Positions 9,326-18,572 of a DNA stretch of 64,000 nt are shown in pieces. The position numbers were made by a program, and so were the translations under genes. Below the pieces are notes generated by a model that made no database searches, was not told where the DNA came from, and worked only from the letters and a program-made list of their open reading frames with translations. Source of the DNA: Thermoplasmatales archaeon. GTDB lineage: Archaea; Thermoplasmatota; Thermoplasmata; Thermoplasmatales; GCA-001856825. The stretch covers positions 64,375 to 128,374 of the forward strand of contig DAHWIJ010000015.1 in the NCBI GenBank assembly GCA_027345195.1, given 5' to 3'. Position 1 is the stretch's first letter; each line of letters begins with the position of its first letter.

Positions 9326-10370
9326 AGGCCCATTCATCAGGTTCAACGCAAAGTCCATTTCAAGGGAATATGGAATAACGATAGATGACCTTTCGGACAA
9401 CCAAGCTTACATTGTCTCTTCCTACGATCCAGGAATCGAAAGGAGAAAATGGAACGTAGAAAATGGAGTCATATACGGACTCTCCCTCCAAGACCTGAAC
9501 GAAATTATCGAAATTTTTCATCTTCCCCTGAGAAAGAATTTCTGGAGAGTTCCTCCCTCCCTAAGAATCCGTGGGAGCCAAAAATCACTGAAATTTCCGA
9601 TGTTCATGATGGTCATTAACATGACCCCGGACTCATTCTATCCGGGCAGCAGAATTGCCGAGGAAGATCTGGAACAAACATTGAGCCTAATAAAAAACGA
9701 GGGAGGGGAGGTGGTAGACATAGGAGGCCAGAGCACGAGACCTGGAAGCGACCCGGTCTCTGCGGAAGAGGAAATGAGAAGAATCAAAAGGGCGGTTGAA
9801 GCTGCACTGAACATGCGGCTGATTGTTTCAGTTGATTCCTTCATGCCAGAAGTACTGAGAGAGTGTCTTGAAATGGGTATACACATAATTAACGATGTGT
9901 CTGGCTTGGAGAACATGGAAATTGCTAGCCTATCAAGAAGGTACGACGTACCGCTGGTCTTAATGCACAAGAAGGGAGATTTCAAGACTATGCAAAGGTC
10001 CCCGCACTATGGGAATGTCATTAACGAGATACAATCATTCTTCCTCAGCAAGTTGTCTCAAATCTCAGAAATGGGGATAGAGGACAATGTTATCCTCGAT
10101 CCCGGGATAGGATTCGGTAAGAGAGTTGAGGACAACATAGCAATAATAAACAACCTAAGTGACTTCAAACTCGGACATCCGTTACTTATCGGCCTCTCCC
10201 GCAAGAGCTTCATTGGCGCCATCACAGGGGAAAAGGTAGAAGAAAGGGGGATGTCTTCACTTATCTTGAATTCAATAGCTATATCCAATGGAGCGGACAT
10301 TGTTAGAACTCATGACCTGGTTGAAAATATGAAACTGATGAAAATAATTAGAAAATTGAAAGAATATTAG
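9300..10370 (+). CDS. folP: Dihydropteroate synthase with an unassigned N-terminal extension of about 100 aa
   Basis: The DHPS core starts near residue 100: MTPDSFY, VDIGGQSTRPG, INDVSGL, LMH and DPGIGFGK. The upstream 100 aa are open and protein-like, but I could not assign them. Confidence 0.88.
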   Translation: MHNSRQWNEGPFIRFNAKSISREYGITIDDLSDNQAYIVSSYDPGIERRKWNVENGVIYGLSLQDLNEIIEIFHLPLRKNFWRVPPSLRIRGSQKSLKFPMFMMVINMTPDSFYPGSRIAEEDLEQTLSLIKNEGGEVVDIGGQSTRPGSDPVSAEEEMRRIKRAVEAALNMRLIVSVDSFMPEVLRECLEMGIHIINDVSGLENMEIASLSRRYDVPLVLMHKKGDFKTMQRSPHYGNVINEIQSFFLSKLSQISEMGIEDNVILDPGIGFGKRVEDNIAIINNLSDFKLGHPLLIGLSRKSFIGAITGEKVEERGMSSLILNSIAISNGADIVRTHDLVENMKLMKIIRKLKEY

Positions 10371-12457
10371 ATGTGAATAAGGTAGTGGTACATTATTATG
10401 GCGACAAAGAGGATGGATATTGTGTTTACTACCTTCACCAGCGGGTTGATTGCAGGACCTGCAGTATCCTTTGTCGCATCACCCACAGTATCACCAACTA
10501 CGGCAGACTTGTGAGCTTCGGATCCCTTGCCCCCGTAATTTCCCTGCTCTATGTACTTCTTTGCGTTATCCCAGGCACCTCCACCCACAGTCATCATGAT
10601 CGCAAGTGGAAATCCGGAAATTATGACGCCCATCAGGAGACCACCGACCGCCAGGGGTCCTAGAACAAATCCAAGGACTATGGGTGTGAGAACAGCTATC
10701 GCAGCTGGGACCATCAGCTGTCTGAGCGCTTCTTTGGTGACGATATCAACTGCCTTACCATAATCCGGTTCGTCCTCTCCACTCAGAATCTTCGGCTTAA
10801 GCTTGAACTGAGACCTCACCTCCTCTACGATTGCAGATGCTGCCTTACCCACCGCATTCATGAGGTACGAGGTAAAGAAGAATGGCAGTGATCCACCAAT
10901 CAGGAGGCCTGCGACAACTATTGGGTCGTCGAGCTGGATGCTCTGGAACTGAGGGACGGCTGATATGAGGGTTTTAAATGCGGCAAATAGAGTGAGCGCG
11001 GCAAGCGCGGCGCTACCAATTGCATACCCTTTCGTAACTGCTTTCGTCGTGTTACCTACTGCATCAAGAGGATCCGTCACTTCCTTCCTGGTTTTTTCGT
11101 CGAATCCAGACATTTCCGCAATCCCCCCTGCGTTGTCTGTTATTGGTCCGTAGGAGTCTATTGAAATTATCATGCCAGTTGCTGATAGCATACTTGCAGC
11201 AGCGATTGCTATCCCGTAAAGTCCCATCTGGGGTTCTCTTCCGAATGATGTGAATGTTATGAAGAAGGAGATCACTATTCCAGCTACTATTACCACCGCA
11301 GGAATGAAAACAGCCTGAAGACCGTAGGCCAGGCCGGTAATGATGTTCGTTCCCGTACCTGTTACAGATGACTTTGCTATCTTTGCTACTGGGGGGAATC
11401 TTTCAGAAGTGTAATACTCCGTCACGTACACGATTATGCCCATTATGATTATGCCTATGATGGCATCAAAGAATATCGACAGGTTTCCATTCATCAAATA
11501 GTAATCTATGAAATAGAAACCTATAGCTGAGAGTATAACCGTCACTATCAATCCCTTGTACAGCGCTGTCATTATTCTCTGTTTCTCGCCCTTCTTGACG
11601 AAGAACGAGCCTACTATGGTCGCAAGAATTGCCACTCCACCTATAGCGAGGGGGAGAATCACCCCACTCTGCGTGAGATACTTCGACCCTGATGGAGAGG
11701 TGTAAATGAGATACCCCAAAAGCATTGCAGATAGGGCGGTGACGACATAAGTTTCAAAGAGGTCTGCGCCCATTCCCGCGCAATCACCGACATTGTCCCC
11801 TACATTGTCTGCTATAACTGCAGGATTCCTAGGATCGTCCTCAGGTATCCCTGCCTCGACCTTTCCGACCAGGTCAGCACCCACATCGGCCCCCTTAGTG
11901 TAAATGCCGCCACCGACCCTGGCAAAGAGGCTGACGAGCGAAGCACCGAAAATGTAACCTACCATCGGAGTTGGATTTCCAAACCATATGTAGAATACCA
12001 CCAGCCCAAGCAGAGCGAGGGATGCAACCATCAGTCCTGTTACCGTTCCACCCCTGAATGCAAGTTTCAAAGCAGGATTGAGCCCTTTCTTAGCCTCTAT
12101 CGCAGTCCTCACATTGGCTCTGACAGAAATACTCATGCCAATGAGTCCTGCAACGGCAGATCCTGTCGCTCCGACGAGAAATCCTAAGGTAATCTTCCAC
12201 GCTTCCGATAAGCCGGATGATGCATAGAAGGCAATGAATATTATGATGGCCAAAACGGCAGCGAATATGAACACGTTGGTATACTGGCGCCTCATGAACG
12301 CGTTTGCACCCTGACGTATTGACATTGAAATTTTTTCAGGCTTCTCCTCAGTTACAGGTATTCTAAGAAGGAGAAAGCTCTGGAGACCTGCATATGCTAT
12401 ACCTACGAGTGCAGAAATCAGAACGAATAATTCCCAGTTTAGCAGTGATGATGCCAT
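10367..12457 (-). CDS. hppA: Membrane-bound H+/Na+-translocating pyrophosphatase
   Basis: 696 aa and polytopic, with GGGIYTKGADVGADLVGKVE and DNVGDNVGDCAGMGADLFE motifs. Confidence 0.97.
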   Translation of the reverse strand: MASSLLNWELFVLISALVGIAYAGLQSFLLLRIPVTEEKPEKISMSIRQGANAFMRRQYTNVFIFAAVLAIIIFIAFYASSGLSEAWKITLGFLVGATGSAVAGLIGMSISVRANVRTAIEAKKGLNPALKLAFRGGTVTGLMVASLALLGLVVFYIWFGNPTPMVGYIFGASLVSLFARVGGGIYTKGADVGADLVGKVEAGIPEDDPRNPAVIADNVGDNVGDCAGMGADLFETYVVTALSAMLLGYLIYTSPSGSKYLTQSGVILPLAIGGVAILATIVGSFFVKKGEKQRIMTALYKGLIVTVILSAIGFYFIDYYLMNGNLSIFFDAIIGIIIMGIIVYVTEYYTSERFPPVAKIAKSSVTGTGTNIITGLAYGLQAVFIPAVVIVAGIVISFFITFTSFGREPQMGLYGIAIAAASMLSATGMIISIDSYGPITDNAGGIAEMSGFDEKTRKEVTDPLDAVGNTTKAVTKGYAIGSAALAALTLFAAFKTLISAVPQFQSIQLDDPIVVAGLLIGGSLPFFFTSYLMNAVGKAASAIVEEVRSQFKLKPKILSGEDEPDYGKAVDIVTKEALRQLMVPAAIAVLTPIVLGFVLGPLAVGGLLMGVIISGFPLAIMMTVGGGAWDNAKKYIEQGNYGGKGSEAHKSAVVGDTVGDATKDTAGPAINPLVKVVNTISILFVAIIMYHYLIHI

Positions 12458-12583
12458 CTCCCCCGAATTTTTCGATCATTATTAACGTTTGCTCGAAATA
12501 TCTTCTAGGAACGAAGGATTTCGCTAGGGAAATTAAGATAGCGTCCTCTACCCTGTAACAGAAAATGATGAAAATTGGTATAA

Positions 12584-12961
12584 CTACAACGAAGACGGAG
12601 CTCTTATCTTGTTCCGGTCTATCTTCATACCTCTTGGGGTTACTATAAGATATCTGTTTCCGAGAGCGACTACATCTCCCCCGTTGTCTCCTGCAGTTCT
12701 CTTCAGTTCGCTGACAATTCTCCTCATTTGAAGCTCATCTGATTGAATGGCAGCATAATCCAATATGAGAACGTCCCCGTTGAGGACAATCTCTGAGAAC
12801 TGGGGAACCTCCTCGAACTTTACTAACTCCCCTATCTTGACGGATGTACCTGCACCAGGTTCGTCCGCAAATTGATATTCATTGAGATCAATGTATTTCC
12901 TTGGCTCCTTTGGAGGCTTATCTGTTCTTATAACGGTCTTTTTCCTGAATGTCATTGGCAT
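12584..12961 (-). CDS. sepF: Archaeal SepF-like cell-division protein (DUF552)
   Basis: 125 aa. It has a basic N-terminus and a C-terminal pattern (VKIGEL...GDVLILDYAAI...ELKRTAGDNGGDVVALG..YLIVTPRGMKIDR) typical of SepF. Confidence 0.75.
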   Translation of the reverse strand: MPMTFRKKTVIRTDKPPKEPRKYIDLNEYQFADEPGAGTSVKIGELVKFEEVPQFSEIVLNGDVLILDYAAIQSDELQMRRIVSELKRTAGDNGGDVVALGNRYLIVTPRGMKIDRNKIRAPSSL

Positions 12962-13152
12962 CGATGTTCACCTGCGAATAAATATATTCCTTGTTAATTA
13001 ATATTTTCATTGCATTTCCCTGTTTCTGGGCGTGATTTCTCTGGGCTTTTACTAACAAAGAATTCATGAAATCCCACTATAAGATATCAATTGTCTCTTT
13101 ACCACCCCAAATTGAAAGGAAAAATATTTTTGTCTGCAGGGATAACCTTACA

Positions 13153-13254
13153 CCCGGCTTAGCTCAGTTGGTAGAGCGGTGGACTGTAGAGGGATAGCGC
13201 TGTGGCGCAACCGCCGCCATCCACAGGTCGCTGGTTCAAATCCGGCAGCCGGGA
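13153..13254 (+). tRNA. tRNA-Tyr (anticodon GUA) with a 29-nt intron at the canonical 37/38 position (intron 13190-13218)
   Basis: Acceptor CCCGGCT/AGCCGGG with the C1-G72 pair typical of archaeal Tyr. D arm GCTC-AGTTGGTA-GAGC and anticodon arm GTGGA-CTGTAG[intron]A-TCCAC. The intron holds a GCGC-TGTG-GCGC hairpin. T arm GCTGG-TTCAAAT-CCGGC. Confidence 0.9.
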
Positions 13255-13526
13255 TTCGCAATTCACTCCAATTCTCTATGCAACTTCTAATGATGACTAA
13301 AAAACAAGGTTAAGACGAAAGAATATTGGGATTCTGAGTCGATGGGGATGAAAAGACAGTTTTGCACTGGACGTAAGGGTCAGTTTATAGCAGTTCCAGG
13401 ATTAAATTGAAAGTGTCGATCTATCTTAAAATATACCGTATCCGAAGTATTCCCGTCTTGAATGGAAATTTCTTTCAACCTCCTTTGGAAAACATTGAAG
13501 AAATAAGGATTCGATGTCCCCTGCTG

Positions 13527-15608
13527 TTATCGCCTTCTCTTAGACCAAATTATGCTCCAGATACCGCCAATAAAGAGGAGTGTGAAAATTACGATCTCGA
13601 TGAGGATATCAGCGTTTGATATCTTCTCTAGACTTCTGATTGGCAGGTGTGTTACACTCATTGGCGTTATTGTAACGTTTGTTTGGTACGACTTATATCC
13701 TGCTGCAGATATCATGACACTATATTTCCCAGGTGCAAGGGTAATATTGAAGCTTCCGTTATTGGTCTTGTAAACGGTTCCGTTCACAGAAATGACCACA
13801 TAAGATGGGCTGACCTTTCCAACCAGGTACCCATCGATTATGGAGAAGCGAACAGTCACCGTAACCGATGAACCGTTTACAGATGCTGACCCCGTATGAG
13901 TTGAGGGTGCATATTCTGAAGTTGATGGTATCAGGTAATCATACGTACCGTTAGTAACATGAAACGTTATCGTGTCGTTAGTCGAGTTTGCCACCCCATT
14001 GCCATTGAGCGTCACTGACCAGCTTGTTCCGGCAGGGAGACCCGATTCTACAAAGCGGATTGCGTATAGCACCGGAATGAATTGAACTTCTACAGTTCTC
14101 TTCGTCCCATTCACGATTAAAGCCCCGGAACCGTTAACTGCTCGGTACTCCCTATCACCAGTAGAAAAGGTGTAATTGTAGGACCCATTTTGTAGATAAA
14201 GTACGTACTGGCTACCGTTAATGGGACCAGAATGAATTCCAGAGACGTTCAAGTACCAAGTACTACCGCTGGGAAGGCCATTCTCAATGAATCTGACCTC
14301 ATAAGAATAGTTCTGCAGGACTGTCTGCTCTCCTGCCCTCAGTGATACCGTGCCGTAATTCTGGAATGTTCCTGTGGAATAGTCAAAAATCTCCACAACA
14401 TACTTTCCCGGAAAGAGGGTAACATTCACCCTCCCACCAATAAAACTGGTGATGTTCATCGGGCTTCCAGTATAATTAGCACTCTTGATATACAGCGCTC
14501 CCTCTGACACGTTGCTGCTGATCTTGAGAGAGGAGAGGTCCTTCGAGTAGTACAATGGACCAAGGAATCCGAGACCACTTGTTATATAAGCAGCAAGTCT
14601 TCCTGTGATGCTTCCGTATGTCCCGCTGCTGACGACATTGAACGCAGTTTCAGCGGTGTCGCTCCCGAAATTGAACGCGTTTGGAACAGCCTGATAGTTG
14701 TTTCCGTTAAAGTATTCAAGCATCAGCAGAATGGAGGAGTTGACGTCTTCCGTCTGGCTTGAGTTTCCCGGACCCCCAACGACCAGTTCCGCGTCGTAAT
14801 AAGTATTCGCAGGGTTATAGCTGAATCCGTCCACATAGAAGAACGGCTCCTCGGTCATGTTAGATGCAAATTTGAAGAGCACGTTATCGTAGACAACCCA
14901 CCCGAATCCGTCGTTGTAAAGGAAGGATACCTCCGGTGATATGTTATGCCCCAGATGTGCATCCGTCCTCAGCAAGAAGGAAGAGTTGTCCCTGAGTGTG
15001 ACATTGTTTCCAGGAAGAGAGGAGTTAGAATAGGAGTAATAGAAGAACGAAGTTCCTGAACTCGAATGCGTGGATGCAACTGTTCCATTTCCAGCAACAG
15101 TTGAATTGAACATACTTGCGTTTGGGGAAGAGATATTCCATATGTTGTCAATGAATGTTATCCTTAGGGAAGATGTGTTTAGAAGTGCAACGTTTTGTAC
15201 CCAGTAGTCGTATGTTACGTTATGATGAGAGAAGACCAGGTTAAGGTTCAGTTGAATGGAAATTTCATATGAGCCAAGTGCGGGGCTGACCATTGATATT
15301 GAGCGTATAGTAACGTTCCCCAGGAATGACGAAGTTGAGTAATTGTATGCACTCCCATTGTACCCTATCCCATAATCTGCAATGCCCATTGGAGCAGGCT
15401 CGGCGGTGTAGTACTTGTAGATGTTGACCTGTTGACTTGCATTTTCTAGAACGCTATTGTAGTTACCGTTCGACGGCATCGTCATATAATCTTCCGATCT
15501 AACCTCCTTCTGTAGGTATGCTCCTTGGGTAACTAGTGCAAGTGAGGAGAAAATTATGATAAGTGTGAGTCCTGCTGTGACGATATGCTTTCTCTTAACT
15601 CCGCTCAC
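13527..15608 (-). CDS. Secreted, membrane-anchored thermopsin-like (peptidase A5 family) glycoprotein
   Basis: N-terminal signal or TM segment and a C-terminal TM anchor followed by KRRR. The EPAPMGIADYG region and following blocks resemble thermopsin (recalled from memory). About 36 N-x-S/T sequons by hand count. Tandem repeats YEVRFIENGLPSGSTWYLNVSG and YAIRFVESGLPAGTSWSVTLNG, then a carboxypeptidase-regulatory-like beta-sandwich domain. Confidence 0.7.
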   Translation of the reverse strand: MSGVKRKHIVTAGLTLIIIFSSLALVTQGAYLQKEVRSEDYMTMPSNGNYNSVLENASQQVNIYKYYTAEPAPMGIADYGIGYNGSAYNYSTSSFLGNVTIRSISMVSPALGSYEISIQLNLNLVFSHHNVTYDYWVQNVALLNTSSLRITFIDNIWNISSPNASMFNSTVAGNGTVASTHSSSGTSFFYYSYSNSSLPGNNVTLRDNSSFLLRTDAHLGHNISPEVSFLYNDGFGWVVYDNVLFKFASNMTEEPFFYVDGFSYNPANTYYDAELVVGGPGNSSQTEDVNSSILLMLEYFNGNNYQAVPNAFNFGSDTAETAFNVVSSGTYGSITGRLAAYITSGLGFLGPLYYSKDLSSLKISSNVSEGALYIKSANYTGSPMNITSFIGGRVNVTLFPGKYVVEIFDYSTGTFQNYGTVSLRAGEQTVLQNYSYEVRFIENGLPSGSTWYLNVSGIHSGPINGSQYVLYLQNGSYNYTFSTGDREYRAVNGSGALIVNGTKRTVEVQFIPVLYAIRFVESGLPAGTSWSVTLNGNGVANSTNDTITFHVTNGTYDYLIPSTSEYAPSTHTGSASVNGSSVTVTVRFSIIDGYLVGKVSPSYVVISVNGTVYKTNNGSFNITLAPGKYSVMISAAGYKSYQTNVTITPMSVTHLPIRSLEKISNADILIEIVIFTLLFIGGIWSIIWSKRRR

Positions 15609-15762
15609 ACTCCCAGCACCTCTTCGCAGGTGATTAAAAATTCTGATATAGCTCTTACTCGCGGGAGTTAATAGCTACTCGATCGTGAAGGATATCGCTA
15701 TCCTTTATCCTTCAAAAGACCAGGTGGAAATTGGCAGGCAGGGATTGCGTGATGAGATGCAC

Positions 15763-17220
15763 TCAGTAAGTCCTGTTGGTGTAGTTGGGTGGTTCGCTAA
15801 GTAGCATCACATTGTGCGGGTGACTCTCCGTGATTCCCGCCTGGGTGACAAGTACAAAGCTTCCCTGTTTCCGTAGCACCTCTATCGTCGGCGAACCTGT
15901 GTAGCCCATTCCAGATTTCAGTCCCCCAATGAGCTGAAATATTGTGTCCGACACTTTCCCCTTATAGGGGACGGCCCCTTCTACTCCTTCAGGAACGAAT
16001 TTCCCCGAGCCAAGCTTACCGTACCTGTCACTCTCCCCTCCCATCACCGCCCCGAGGGAACCCATCCCCCTGTACGTCTTGTACCTCCTTCCGGAAATGT
16101 TTATCTCCGTCCCGGGAGCCTCGTCGGTTCCAGCAAGAAGAGAACCAAGCATAACCGTGCTGGCTCCGGCAGCAATAGCCTTGGCTATGTCCCCCGAATA
16201 CCTTATGCCGCCGTCTGCGATCACCGGAATTCCATGTCTCTCTGCAACTTCAGCAGTCTCAGCTACAGCAGTAAGCTGAGGCACCCCGATACCGGCCACG
16301 ATCCTCGTGGTACAGATGGAACCTGGTCCTATACCTGTCCTGAGACCATCCACCTCGGCTGAAATCAGGTCCTCCGCGGCCTTTGAAGTGGCGATGTTGC
16401 CGGCGATTATATCCACATCTATTTCCTTCCTCATCCTCTTGACTGAGTCAATCAGGTTCAGATTGTGGCCGTGTGCGCTGTCGACAACTATCACGTCCGC
16501 CCCTGCTTCCTGCAGCATCCTAGCCCGTTCGAGATCAAAGGCACCTACTGCGCCCCCTACCAACAGCTTCCCCTCTTCGTCCCTCACGGCATACGGGTCC
16601 TGTTCCCTCTTCATTATGTCCTTTGCTGTTATCAGACCTACCAAATTACCGGACGAGTCGATAAGCGGGAGTTTCTCTATCTTTCTTTTGTTCATTATAT
16701 CGAGAGCCTGTTCCATGGAAATGTCCGGATTTCCCGTTAGGACGTTCCTAGTCATTACGTCCTCAACCTTCCTGGTGCTACCCCTCAGAAACCTCACGTC
16801 CCTGCTCGTGAGTATCCCCACAAGCTTGTTGTCGCGGATAACGGGAAGCCCGGCAATCCTCTTTTCGTCCATAAGTTTGATCGCTTCCTGAACGGGTGTC
16901 TCAGGGTTTACTGTGTAGAGGTCCCTTATAACGAGCGACTCCTCCCTCTTCACCCTTCTAATCATCTCTGCCTGAGCCTGCCTGCTGTTGTTCCTGTGGA
17001 TAATGCCTATTCCTCCAAGTCTGGCCATCGCAATGGCCATATCCGCTTCTGTAACCGTATCCATTGGAGATGAAACGATTGGAATATTAAGCTTGATGTG
17101 ACGCGTGAGTGACGTCTCAACGTTGACGCCAATCGGTTCGACCCTGCTGGCACCGGGAATCAGAAGAACGTCGTCATATGTGTATCCCATTCTTGCATTC
17201 TCAAGTTTAGTCACAAACAT
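15763..17220 (-). CDS. guaB: IMP dehydrogenase
   Basis: Catalytic loop [11 protein letters not shown], an inserted CBS pair and 485 aa. Confidence 0.97.
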   Translation of the reverse strand: MFVTKLENARMGYTYDDVLLIPGASRVEPIGVNVETSLTRHIKLNIPIVSSPMDTVTEADMAIAMARLGGIGIIHRNNSRQAQAEMIRRVKREESLVIRDLYTVNPETPVQEAIKLMDEKRIAGLPVIRDNKLVGILTSRDVRFLRGSTRKVEDVMTRNVLTGNPDISMEQALDIMNKRKIEKLPLIDSSGNLVGLITAKDIMKREQDPYAVRDEEGKLLVGGAVGAFDLERARMLQEAGADVIVVDSAHGHNLNLIDSVKRMRKEIDVDIIAGNIATSKAAEDLISAEVDGLRTGIGPGSICTTRIVAGIGVPQLTAVAETAEVAERHGIPVIADGGIRYSGDIAKAIAAGASTVMLGSLLAGTDEAPGTEINISGRRYKTYRGMGSLGAVMGGESDRYGKLGSGKFVPEGVEGAVPYKGKVSDTIFQLIGGLKSGMGYTGSPTIEVLRKQGSFVLVTQAGITESHPHNVMLLSEPPNYTNRTY

Positions 17221-17379
17221 ATAGAGGTAATGAAAGTGATAATAAAATGTTATGGAGCAAATGTGAACGACGGGGGGCGATTGACCATTGGACTTGATAA
17301 GGCCCGCTATGAGGATGTATTGTGCTGAATCTTAGTTTTAGAATGATAGATAAACGTTTATATACATTCTTAATAGGGG

Positions 17380-17466
17380 ATTACAGGGGAGCTCGCTCAA
17401 GCGGGCTGAGAGGATCGATTTGATCGACCCACCGAACCTGATCCAGGTAATGCTGGCGGAGGGAAA
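17380..17466 (+). promoter_or_regulatory. TPP (THI-box) riboswitch
   Basis: The sequence GGGGAGC...GGCTGAGAGG...ACCC.CCGAACCTGATCCAGGTAATGCTGGCGGAGGGA matches the conserved TPP aptamer core (CUGAGA; ACCUGAUC.GG.UAAUGC..GCG.AGGGA). It ends 3-6 nt before the ATG at 17469. The SD-like GGAGGG lies inside the 3' aptamer strand. Confidence 0.85.
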
Positions 17467-17468
17467 AA

Positions 17469-18572
17469 ATGAATGAAAACGTAATAAAAAGAAAAGTGGA
17501 CTATAAGGTGTTTATTGTAGTCGGTTTAGTCATCGCTGCGGGCATATCTGTCTATGCCATTTATCCGGAAATTGCGCCTCACAAGGAGCCGGTGATCAAT
17601 ATTTTGACGTACGAATCTTTCTTTCAGTACGGGCGGAATCCAAACCAGACACTTGCCTACTTAATCAACAACTTCGAAAACTGGTACCACGTAAAGATAA
17701 ATTTAATAACTTCATCCCAAGACCTTTACAACCAGATACTTCAGTCGAAGGGGAGCGGGTATGACATCGTTATCGGACTCAATAACATTGATTCCTACCT
17801 TGCAGCGAACAGTGGGCTGCTTTACAAATTCAGCGTGACAAACGAAACATATCTCAACAAGACCCTTTACTCTTTCCTGCAATCATCAGGATATGTAATT
17901 CCATACGAGTATTCACCGTTGACAACAGACTACAACTATTCCGGGCCAATTAGCGTTCAGATAATAAAGAATCTCACCTTTTCAGACCTCACGAATTCTT
18001 CTATCGCAAAACAGTACATAGTGGAGAACCCGACAACCCCCAGCATCAACGGCGAGGATTTCCTTCTGGGTCAGATAGCCTTCTATAGTGGAATCCTGCA
18101 TCAGAACTGGACTTCGTTCTGGAACAGTTCGAAAGGGATGATTATAACCCAGGATTGGAGTTCAGGTTTTACCCTTTTCTCGCAGGGAAAGGGGCAGATG
18201 TTCTTTTCCTATGCAACTGACCCAGCTTACTTCAAGTATTTCAATGAATCGCCAATCGGGACCACACCCTTCCATTACAACGGGAAGAGTTACGCATGGA
18301 TGCAGGTACTAGGTATCGGAATACTGAACTCCTCTAAACACAAGTCAATTGACGAGGCATTCGTGAACTGGATGCTCGGACAGAACGTCCAGAACCTGAT
18401 TCCCCTAAACGAGTGGACTTATCCTGCCAACTTAAACGTCACCCTCCCTGCAGTTTATTCAGTGAATCCTCCGGTTGACTCCATAATACCTCTCAACAGT
18501 TACCTGAACATGACGGTAGCCGCACGGAGTCTCGCAGAGTGGTCTATTGAGTGGAGTTCTATTGAGTCGTAA
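17469..18572 (+). CDS. ABC transporter substrate-binding protein, thiamine-type by context
   Basis: N-terminal TM anchor followed by a periplasmic-binding-protein-like domain. It is the first gene after the TPP riboswitch and precedes the permease and ATPase. Confidence 0.7.
   Translation: MNENVIKRKVDYKVFIVVGLVIAAGISVYAIYPEIAPHKEPVINILTYESFFQYGRNPNQTLAYLINNFENWYHVKINLITSSQDLYNQILQSKGSGYDIVIGLNNIDSYLAANSGLLYKFSVTNETYLNKTLYSFLQSSGYVIPYEYSPLTTDYNYSGPISVQIIKNLTFSDLTNSSIAKQYIVENPTTPSINGEDFLLGQIAFYSGILHQNWTSFWNSSKGMIITQDWSSGFTLFSQGKGQMFFSYATDPAYFKYFNESPIGTTPFHYNGKSYAWMQVLGIGILNSSKHKSIDEAFVNWMLGQNVQNLIPLNEWTYPANLNVTLPAVYSVNPPVDSIIPLNSYLNMTVAARSLAEWSIEWSSIES

Noticed and set aside
13289-13337. Possible C/D-box sRNA downstream of tRNA-Tyr: AATGATGA (C box), then CTGA (D box) 37 nt later, with an AGACGA C'-like box in between.
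   Set aside because: There is no recognisable D' box. The guide spacing is non-canonical (about 14-15 nt before the D box). The flanks cannot form the terminal stem or kink-turn closing helix.
16307-16891. A 194-aa plus-strand ORF, plus ORFs at 15942-16154, 16079-16279 and 16465-16740.
   Set aside because: They lie entirely antisense to the strongly conserved guaB gene. Their composition is low-complexity and rich in S, P and L, typical of shadow ORFs.
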